Below are positions 57,501-64,000 of a stretch of DNA of 64,000 nucleotides, piece after piece. Each line of letters opens with the position of its first letter. Positions within the stretch are counted from its first letter, which is position 1. A program made the translations under genes and the position numbers. The DNA is from a virus, in IMG/VR virus record IMGVR_UViG_3300025137_000014, positions 1-64,000 of that record. The stretch is one strand, 5' to 3'. The notes under the pieces were generated by a model. It did not search any database, was not told the DNA's origin, and was given only the letters and a program-made list of their open reading frames with translations.

Positions 57501-59428
57501 GCTTGACTTTCTAATTCTGTTAGTTTTTGTTTTGCTCTTTCATCAATCTCATTTCGCCAATCACCCACTGTTTCTAAAAAGCTATTTGCCATATAAGCAT
57601 CACTTGGTAATACATATGCTTTTTGTAATTGATTTGCTAGACTGATAGATAAATCTAAGATATGTTCATTTCTTCCAGTATACTGATAGTAATATCTTTT
57701 ATTACAATGTCCCTCTAATAATACTGAACTTAGTACTTTTGCTGTTTCTTCTGTTAGTTTTGCATTATGTAATTGGTTTTGTACTATTAATGCTTTCTGT
57801 ACTGTAAGAAAATATGTTACTTCATATGTTTGCTTACTTGTTAAAACATTATATCCTCTTAGTTTTGGTCTTGCATGTGGCAAGATTCTAAATAGATTAG
57901 ACATCCTAGGCGTATCATCTGTTAGTGCTTCTCTTATTTCTTTAGAGTTTAAACATATACTTTCTATTGCATTGTATATAGAGGAACCAGGAGTTATAAC
58001 ACCTGTCTGTTGTCCAATTTTTACAGAACTCTTTTTTGATGTTTCGTTATTACCAGAAGATTTATTTGATTCATCTGGTGAAGTCATTTGACCTTGTGCA
58101 AACATTTGTTTGAAGGTATCATCCATTTCAAACTTAAAATCATTTATAAATTCTGAGTCTCCTACCACTGCCCTTTCTACTAGTTTTTCATTTAACTTTT
58201 TAAAGAAGTTTTCTAATGTTTCTTGTAGTGTATCAGCAACATCAAACTCAAAGTTATAATCCATTTGTGATAATTCTGTATCTGCAACGACTTTATCATT
58301 TACGATTGTGCCATCAATAACAAGATTAGTACCTTTAGATTCTGTTGCCGACTGTAATTCATTATATTTTGTAATTACGAATGGGAATATTTTTGTTGCT
58401 GGTAAGTTTTTAACTAAATTACCCTCAGTATCATATCCTCTAAACCGAACTTTCATAAAGAATGTTGCATTTTGTAAATCAGGATATCCGCATACTAATA
58501 TACTATTGTTTAACATATCAGGAAGTGATGTACCACCAACTTGTGAAATTGTAAATGATAGATTAGTTGCTGTGCCTGCCATCTTTGATGCAGAAGATGT
58601 ACCTTGACCAACACTAGTTACTGTTAAGTCTGTGATGTTTAATTCTGTTGTTATTCCTGTTCTTGCGATTGTAACAACGTTCATGTCATTTGTAGGCCAT
58701 GCGTCATTAACAATGTCATCCATCATTTGTGGTGTTTGTTCAAATGCAAGAAATTTGTTTGCTTCTTGTTGATTGACAATAAACAAATCTAAGTTATAAG
58801 TATAATTCTCAAAAGCATCTAATTCGTTTTCCCAGAACAATCGTTGTTGTTCCATATTTTGAAGTAATTCAGCTAGACTATTAGATGAGCGTATTGCAGT
58901 TCGTTTTTTGTCTTCAATATCTTGTATACCTTGTTGTTCTGGTTCTTGAATTACTTCACCATTTGATATTAAATCTCTTTGAGCATCATCATCAATAACT
59001 GGAACACCATCGGGTTGTGTACCATATGCCATACCCAATCCGCCTTCAATGCTATCTCCAAAATAACTTAATGCTTCTTGTCCACCTTCTTTTTGAATCA
59101 TCGCAGACACCATTTTTTCTGCTAGTTCTGGATTGGCAGATAAATCAATAGGAGCATTTTTATCTATTCCCATTTTGTTTGCAACGAAGTCTACATACCC
59201 AGGAGTATTGTTTTCGTTAGGTGGAGCCCAACGTTGAATCATTCCTTCAACTGTGTTTAGTCCGTGTTTGTCTTGGTAAGTTTCTAAGGTTCTACCTAAT
59301 GCTCTAACACCATGTTCAGGTGTGGCAAAAGAAACAAATGCTCCATCGTCACCTGTTTTGCCTTTCCAAGCAGTAGAGTTTGTTCTAATATTGCCTGGGT
59401 TATTGTTTCTTACGCTTCTTACTGCCAT
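54566..59428 (-). CDS. Baseplate hub-type virion protein with N-terminal lysozyme-like domain, 1620 aa
   Basis: RNNNPGNIR...FATPEHGVRAL...TVEGMIQRWAPPNENNT; hub-like middle with IKGDPYW; acidic low-complexity tail. Confidence 0.65.
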   Translation of the reverse strand: MAVRSVRNNNPGNIRTNSTAWKGKTGDDGAFVSFATPEHGVRALGRTLETYQDKHGLNTVEGMIQRWAPPNENNTPGYVDFVANKMGIDKNAPIDLSANPELAEKMVSAMIQKEGGQEALSYFGDSIEGGLGMAYGTQPDGVPVIDDDAQRDLISNGEVIQEPEQQGIQDIEDKKRTAIRSSNSLAELLQNMEQQRLFWENELDAFENYTYNLDLFIVNQQEANKFLAFEQTPQMMDDIVNDAWPTNDMNVVTIARTGITTELNITDLTVTSVGQGTSSASKMAGTATNLSFTISQVGGTSLPDMLNNSILVCGYPDLQNATFFMKVRFRGYDTEGNLVKNLPATKIFPFVITKYNELQSATESKGTNLVIDGTIVNDKVVADTELSQMDYNFEFDVADTLQETLENFFKKLNEKLVERAVVGDSEFINDFKFEMDDTFKQMFAQGQMTSPDESNKSSGNNETSKKSSVKIGQQTGVITPGSSIYNAIESICLNSKEIREALTDDTPRMSNLFRILPHARPKLRGYNVLTSKQTYEVTYFLTVQKALIVQNQLHNAKLTEETAKVLSSVLLEGHCNKRYYYQYTGRNEHILDLSISLANQLQKAYVLPSDAYMANSFLETVGDWRNEIDERAKQKLTELESQATGLKDGIGMLETARGQYEKKFEAMNDAIRNEFKERVSRRITGPDNATDVLDIMNSVNGADANQMASMFDTDTEEYEILQEILKGETRENYNKLHNKIQEIKGSLNTTLTGQKENELTQNEVMREALGHLYSTKIVESTSMIANNWNDLGLYPGSEGQELILTEDLDKEMINKLSKDQFSSLLKALVENPVNFSRITKSLLSNPTNLNVIKSADQENIEVAMAKYYEGRNNNLSMLNIQMTIKGDPYWVDSILSPSMEKAKFGNKNSLEDYKMHLSKINGANYLILVSDKAEDVFLDDPERVGQDSNNYDGIKKTRLMTSVYSVQSVISSFSGGLFTQTLGLVKLPAAEEFQKANALLDAPDPELMNDSVYQYTVDPLLGVNDTSSGLENPNAAEDTSAKARAEDIVAPVGAGTGVTENGDRYVVDVDATGPHAVLQLQNATRNFLDPSFQNDYAVPNESVAKQLALARQQAEGLCALGHQQSCIAVQQSANDIARRLEEDYQTGNNSVSESTRNAYNEAIDNGYIVTPQTMAEIDHALEASGNATVGTNVTGIDQTELNDINEANRIEAERYIKGNDDIKKEPLSIMDNLDVVDPYDFEVSDQVKAESVEGPNAIIDGDVQLNNLGFSSSHEAYATGLYPRSYNVNVESGTLTANEADKVSALNQEAQDIIDGRGLHDLTDREYEEVKNIESTISDINTSATTGVRADAIKGVKDAQTLETLTAKEAELAELEDDIDGFYFTGNYGRNKDRAKAEELQVEVNNLRGSLDTKDGVTTGIIAVQDSNGDISYEKITKPIKEPNGTAAIPIVETLNDTSGTSITNVDDAITNGQVSQSQVNQYKNATSVYNELLDKAEAAPRATITETVGGVTMTEEVLDFSAIGPITYNDASGQQVTIQDPATHFGLVNSTATPGSFEYYKPGINTSTVKNTISNEYPDLAVSSTGGVATDVDTDGNGPLQLDINFNAGDFVIVNPPTP

Positions 59429-59434
59429 TATACA

Positions 59435-59728
59435 CTACTTCATATTATCTAATTGGATCTTGCTAGGTATTTTTATTTTAGTACCTGCCGTAAAATCATT
59501 TATCGGGTCCTGTATAATATCAGGATTTCTTTTAGCAAAAATCCACCAGTATTTTGAAGTACCATATAATTCATAACTGCACAAGTCAGGTCTAATATTA
59601 TAATTCTGTGGTATTGTGTAAGTTTCATCTAATGGACTTTTTTGTAAAAATACAGGATTTTGTATATCCAATACTTTATCTTTTAGTACAGTAGTTTTCT
59701 TCCACGGAGATGTAGGATCATATGCCAT
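59435..59728 (-). CDS. Baseplate wedge subunit (gp53-like, LysM-type)
   Basis: YTIPQNYNIRPDLCSYELYGTSKYWWIFA..N..DP. Confidence 0.85.
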   Translation of the reverse strand: MAYDPTSPWKKTTVLKDKVLDIQNPVFLQKSPLDETYTIPQNYNIRPDLCSYELYGTSKYWWIFAKRNPDIIQDPINDFTAGTKIKIPSKIQLDNMK

Positions 59729-60297
59729 TATACGTACCCCTTATTGGCTAAATTTCCACTCAAATAGTCATTCATACTAAAGTTTTTTCTAACATTCTTT
59801 GGAGAATATGTAGTTGTCAATGACATAACAAACATATTCTGTACCGGAACTCTTGCACCTGACGATGTTTCAACATAGTCAATGTCTGAGTCTAAGTTCC
59901 ATGTAAAATCTCTTATTAAAACAGGAACATTAGTATAGATACCATGTGCATCTAATCTCAATATTGGTGGGGGAAGACCGGCATTATCTGATTGCATACC
60001 AAAGTCCATCTTTAATGCACCTCTCATAAAGTTAGCCATTTGTAATACAGTTTGTGCTTCTGCTTCATCACGCACAATAACAGGAGCTGTCATGTTAAAT
60101 TCAGTATTTGAAGACATATCAAATGCTCTTTGTTGAAAATTAGTATGAGATAAATCATAGGAACTATACCCGGTACTCGTTAACACTGTGATTGTTGGTG
60201 TATACGGGAACTGAATACTGTTCAATCCAGAAGCACTTAGACGCCCACTAGGGTCTCTCAGTGTCACTGGTTGGTCTTGTACATACATATTGTTCAT
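59728..60297 (-). CDS. Tail tube initiator / baseplate-tube junction protein (gp48/gp54-like)
   Basis: IQFPYTPTI, GLPPPILRL; first gene of the baseplate operon. Confidence 0.65.
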   Translation of the reverse strand: MNNMYVQDQPVTLRDPSGRLSASGLNSIQFPYTPTITVLTSTGYSSYDLSHTNFQQRAFDMSSNTEFNMTAPVIVRDEAEAQTVLQMANFMRGALKMDFGMQSDNAGLPPPILRLDAHGIYTNVPVLIRDFTWNLDSDIDYVETSSGARVPVQNMFVMSLTTTYSPKNVRKNFSMNDYLSGNLANKGYV

Positions 60298-60316
60298 GTT
60301 TAACTCCTTCTTTCTT

Positions 60317-60325
60317 GTATTTATC
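60317..60325 (-). promoter_or_regulatory. Putative late promoter GATAAATAC
   Basis: 19 nt upstream of the baseplate operon start, before an AAGGAG SD. Confidence 0.6.
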
Positions 60326-60366
60326 GTTACTTAAACTACGAAGTTTAAAAATAAGCATTTTAGCAC

Positions 60367-60395
60367 TTGACATTGGGTATCAGATGTATTATAAT
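60367..60395 (+). promoter_or_regulatory. sigma70-type promoter for the late sigma gene
   Basis: TTGACA 60367, 17-nt spacer, TATAAT 60390. Confidence 0.75.
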
Positions 60396-60420
60396 TAATA
60401 ATATTAATAGGAGCAATACC

Positions 60421-61293
60421 ATGGCACGTAGAGGTCAAAATTATTTAAATAATAAAGATATGCTAAAAGAAATTCATATCTCCAAATCAAACTTTTGTTG
60501 GTTTGATAATAGAGATTTGCATCATCAATTTGATATTATATTAGACGATATAAGTGAAATTCATAAAGCAGAAGAACAGGCAAGAACCAATCGGTCAAAT
60601 AGATTACAAAAAGCCGCTTGGGACTTAAACGAAGATAAAAAGAAAAAACAAATAGACTTTGCAGTAGATCCAGCATCTTTTGAAAAAGAATCGTTGGTTT
60701 TCAGAGTTATGACTTTCGACCACATCCCAGATGAACCAGGTCGTAAAGCGAACCCAAAGACTATTGCAGACCATAAAGTCAAACTTCACTTCCCACCATT
60801 CAAACATTATGTGATTGAAGGCAAAGGTGCAAGAGAAGTAGCATGGTCACATCATAACAAAGACAAAGAATTTGATTTACGAGGCGGTAAAATTACGGCA
60901 ACGTTAGCCAACATGTACATCAAATTAGTTGAGCGTTATTCTCAGAGAAGTAACTGGAGAGGCTATACGTATATTGATGAAATGCGTGGACAGGCATTAT
61001 TACAACTTGCACAGATTGGATTACAATTCAATGAAGCAAAAAGTGATAACCCATTCGCATATTATACGGCGGCTGTAAACAATTCATTTACACGTGTTCT
61101 AAACACTGAAAAGAAAAATCAAGGTATTCGTGACGACCTACTAGAGAAATCAGGTCAGATGCCAAGTTGGACTAGACAATTAGAACATGAAATGAAGTCT
61201 CAGGAAAGATGGCAAAAAGTAATTAAAACAAGAATTACTGATGAACAGATTCCAACAGAAACTATCAAAGAGATTTACGCAGACAATGACTAA
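60421..61293 (+). CDS. Late-transcription sigma factor (T4 gp55-like)
   Basis: YLNNKDMLKEI; KLVERYSQRSNWRGYTYIDEMRGQALLQL...FNEAKSDNPFAYYT. AGGAG SD at the true start 60421. Confidence 0.85.
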   Translation: MARRGQNYLNNKDMLKEIHISKSNFCWFDNRDLHHQFDIILDDISEIHKAEEQARTNRSNRLQKAAWDLNEDKKKKQIDFAVDPASFEKESLVFRVMTFDHIPDEPGRKANPKTIADHKVKLHFPPFKHYVIEGKGAREVAWSHHNKDKEFDLRGGKITATLANMYIKLVERYSQRSNWRGYTYIDEMRGQALLQLAQIGLQFNEAKSDNPFAYYTAAVNNSFTRVLNTEKKNQGIRDDLLEKSGQMPSWTRQLEHEMKSQERWQKVIKTRITDEQIPTETIKEIYADND

Positions 61294-62302
61294 TCTATTC
61301 AAAAAAGCGGCTTGGTTTACTGATATTCATTATGGTATGCGTAACAACGCACGCCAACACAATGTTGATTGTGATGAATTCATAGACTGGTTTATTCAAG
61401 AAGCCAAAGCTAAAGGTTGCGAAACTTGTATCTTTGGTGGTGACTGGCATCATAATCGTGCTAGTTTAAATATTTCAACTATGAAGTATAGCCTTGCTGG
61501 TTTACGTAAACTTAATAATTCATTCGAAAAGGTTTACTTTATTTTAGGTAATCATGATTTGTTTTATCGTGAAACCCGTGATACAAACTCAGTAGAGTTT
61601 GCAAAAGAGTTACCTAATGTAGTGCTTATCGATGATAAACTAGTTGAAGGCGATGTAGCATTGACTAGTTGGTTAGTTGGCGATGAATGGAAAGAAGTAC
61701 CAAAAATAAACACAAAATATATGTTCGGACACTTTGAACTTCCGACATTTAAATTAAATGCAATGGTAGAAATGCCTGACCATGGTGGTCTAAAAAGTGA
61801 AATGTTTAAACATCAAGATTTTGTTTTCTCAGGACACTTTCATCATCGTCAAGTGAAAGGCAACGTGATATACACCGGCAATGCATTCCCACACAACTTC
61901 TCCGATGCAGGAGATGATGACCGTGGTTGGATGTTCTTAGAATGGGACAAGGAACCGGAATTCTTTGCATGGCCAAATGCTCCTAAATATAAAAATATCA
62001 TGTTGTCTGCATTGCTTGAAGACCCATCAAAGTACTTGTTACCTAAAACAAGTGCAAGAATAACACTTGATATAGACATTACGTATGAAGAAGCAACATT
62101 TATAAAAGATACGTTTGTTGAAGCATATGATTTACGAGACATTGCATTACAGCCAATGAAAAACAGTGAACATGAAAGTGACACTGGCGCTGAAATACAT
62201 TTTGAAACAATCGATGAAATTGTGATTTCACAATTAAACTCTATTGATGATAATGGTAGCTTTAATAAAAAAGTTCTTGTTGAACTATATCAAAATCTAT
62301 AA
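61286..62302 (+). CDS. Recombination endonuclease (gp47, Mre11/SbcD-like)
   Basis: FTDIHYG, GGDWHHNR, LGNHDLF, FGHFE, FSGHFH metallophosphoesterase motifs. Confidence 0.92.
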   Translation: MTNLFKKAAWFTDIHYGMRNNARQHNVDCDEFIDWFIQEAKAKGCETCIFGGDWHHNRASLNISTMKYSLAGLRKLNNSFEKVYFILGNHDLFYRETRDTNSVEFAKELPNVVLIDDKLVEGDVALTSWLVGDEWKEVPKINTKYMFGHFELPTFKLNAMVEMPDHGGLKSEMFKHQDFVFSGHFHHRQVKGNVIYTGNAFPHNFSDAGDDDRGWMFLEWDKEPEFFAWPNAPKYKNIMLSALLEDPSKYLLPKTSARITLDIDITYEEATFIKDTFVEAYDLRDIALQPMKNSEHESDTGAEIHFETIDEIVISQLNSIDDNGSFNKKVLVELYQNL

Positions 62303-62305
62303 TAC

Positions 62306-62911
62306 ATGAAAAAGGTTTTAATTACAGGAAATAGAAACTATGGGCTTTGCAAAAGTATTTGCAATCTGTTTGATACTGTGGATGATATTAGCTATACTAC
62401 TATCAGTCGGAGCAATGGTTGGAATCTGGATGTAGGTCCAGAACAAAAGCGACTAGCCGATTATTTTGTAGATGAAAAGTTTGATATTTTTATCAACAAT
62501 TCTGCTATATGGAAGTTTCATCAAATTATGATTGCCGAACAAGTTTATGCAAAATGTGTTGAAGAAAAACATTCTGCACATTTTATACATATGGGTTCTA
62601 CTGCTGATACAGGTGTAAAAGGAAGAACGTGGAGATACCCAACTGAAAAGAAAGCATTAAGAGATTACAATCGTGACTTAACGTACATGACAATGGGTGG
62701 GTCTAATGTAAAGACCACATGCTTGTCACCTGGTAGTTTAACTACACCAAGTGTGATGAAAAAACACCCTGATAGAAAGTTTTTAGATACAGAGTACGTA
62801 GCTGATTTGATTTTATGGTTGATTAATCAACCAGATTATGTTAATATTAATGAAATTTCTGTAGATCCAATACAAGCAGGAATATACGCAAGAGAGGTAG
62901 ACGTTTGCTAA
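62306..62911 (+). CDS. Short-chain dehydrogenase/reductase
   Basis: KVLITGNRNYGL, IFINNSA, MGS, YPTEK (YxxxK). Confidence 0.8.
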   Translation: MKKVLITGNRNYGLCKSICNLFDTVDDISYTTISRSNGWNLDVGPEQKRLADYFVDEKFDIFINNSAIWKFHQIMIAEQVYAKCVEEKHSAHFIHMGSTADTGVKGRTWRYPTEKKALRDYNRDLTYMTMGGSNVKTTCLSPGSLTTPSVMKKHPDRKFLDTEYVADLILWLINQPDYVNINEISVDPIQAGIYAREVDVC

Positions 62912-64000
62912 AGATTAAGAATATAACGGTCCGTAACTTTATGAGTGTTGGTAACGTAACACAGGCAGTAGACCTGGAACGTGACGCATTAACACTTGTA
63001 TTAGGTAACAACCTAGACTTGGGCGGTGATGGTTCTCGTAATGGTACGGGCAAGACCACACTTATCAATGCGTTATCATATGGTATATATGGAAATGCAC
63101 TTACCAATATTAGAAAAGATAATCTAATCAATAAGACAAATGGTAAGAACATGATTGTTACTATTGACTTTGAATTTAACGGAAGTCAATACAGGATTGA
63201 ACGTGGACGTAGACCTAATGTATTTCGTTTTGTCAGAGACGGCATCGATTTAAATGACGGTGGTGATGAAGCACAAGGTGAAATGAGACAAACTCAAGTA
63301 GAAGTTGATTCTATTATTGGTATTTCTCATGCAATGTTTAAACACATAGTTGCACTTAATACATACACAGAACCGTTCTTAAGTTTAAGAGCGAATGACC
63401 AGCGTGAACTAATTGAAGAATTACTAGGTATTACTGAATTGTCTCGCAAAGCAGAGGCACTTAAAGAAGTAGTCAAAGAAACAAAAGACCAGATGAAAGA
63501 CGAAGAATACAGTCTTAAAGCAAAAGAAGATGCTAATACTCGTATTCTAAAAAGCATTTCAGACATTGAACGTAGACAACGTATCTGGAAAGACAAGCAC
63601 GAAAAAGAATTAAAAGAATTAGAGTCAGCCTTAGACGCATTATCTCACGTAGATATCAAACAAGAGATTGCTAATCATCAACTATTAAATGATTATATAG
63701 AAAAGAAATCTAAGTTAGATGAAGCGAATAGATGGGTTGACAGTATCACTGTTGATAATCAAAAATTTTCCGATTTAGAAACAAGAGTAATCAGTGATAT
63801 AGAAAAGATTAAAGACCATAAATGTTTTGCATGTGGACAAGAAGTGCATGATGATAAACAAGAAGAAATATTAAAAGACAAAGAAGAATTATTAGGTGAA
63901 ACTAAATCACACTTAATGGAAAATTCAAGTAAGTTAGATACACATACAAAAGTAATCAATGATGTAGGTGAACTTGGTGTTAGACCTAGTGTGTTTTACG
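62905..64000 (+). CDS. Recombination ATPase (gp46, Rad50/SbcC-like), partial; missed by the track
   Basis: TTG start after a GAGAGG SD: MLKIKNITVRNFMSVGN; Walker A GSRNGTGKTT; coiled coil; zinc hook CFAC; runs off the window end. Confidence 0.92.
   Translation, partial: MLKIKNITVRNFMSVGNVTQAVDLERDALTLVLGNNLDLGGDGSRNGTGKTTLINALSYGIYGNALTNIRKDNLINKTNGKNMIVTIDFEFNGSQYRIERGRRPNVFRFVRDGIDLNDGGDEAQGEMRQTQVEVDSIIGISHAMFKHIVALNTYTEPFLSLRANDQRELIEELLGITELSRKAEALKEVVKETKDQMKDEEYSLKAKEDANTRILKSISDIERRQRIWKDKHEKELKELESALDALSHVDIKQEIANHQLLNDYIEKKSKLDEANRWVDSITVDNQKFSDLETRVISDIEKIKDHKCFACGQEVHDDKQEEILKDKEELLGETKSHLMENSSKLDTHTKVINDVGELGVRPSVFY

Noticed and set aside
60367-60420. N-terminal extension of the sigma factor given by the ORF track
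   Set aside because: The TTG at 60367 is the -35 box; an AGGAG SD supports ATG 60421.
610-63959. Many 60-200-aa antisense or out-of-frame ORFs in the track (for example 17053-17649, 30337-30780, 4322-4666, 63327-63596)
   Set aside because: They are shadows of longer genes with recognisable motifs and lack SD sites or homology cues.
1-64000. Alternative genetic code (stop reassignment)
   Set aside because: Very long ORFs are intact under the standard code, and TAA, TAG and TGA all end recognisable genes.

Overview
This window is 64 kb of a large, AT-rich, tailed dsDNA phage genome. It is a T4-related jumbo myovirus whose baseplate, gp55 and gp46/47 genes resemble the Rak2/GAP32 type; the gene content looks marine. 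No cellular housekeeping genes, tRNAs or CRISPR arrays were seen. Layout: (1) 1-11.7 kb is an accessory region of small promoter-gene cassettes, plus Pth2, an AdoMetDC homolog, two SGNH-like proteins and a secreted FG-GAP protein. (2) 9.3-31.8 kb is a roughly 22-kb glycan/radical-SAM modification locus: NDP-sugar enzymes, a sugar C-methyltransferase, a DegT aminotransferase, five radical SAM domains, sulfotransferase-like, GT-like and SGNH-like proteins. (3) 31.9-60.3 kb is a minus-strand baseplate module, interrupted by a plus-strand island with ClpP and a secreted polysaccharide-lyase-like gene. (4) 60.4-64 kb holds the gp55-like late sigma factor, gp47, an SDR and a partial gp46. The strongest unexplained signal is that nine sigma70-type promoters carry a GANTC site at a nearly fixed position just upstream of the -10 box. 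GANTC is the CcrM methylation site and part of the GcrA motif of Alphaproteobacteria. A small zf-CHCC gene missed by the ORF track also points to an alphaproteobacterial host. All calls come from motif recognition by eye; no database search was run.
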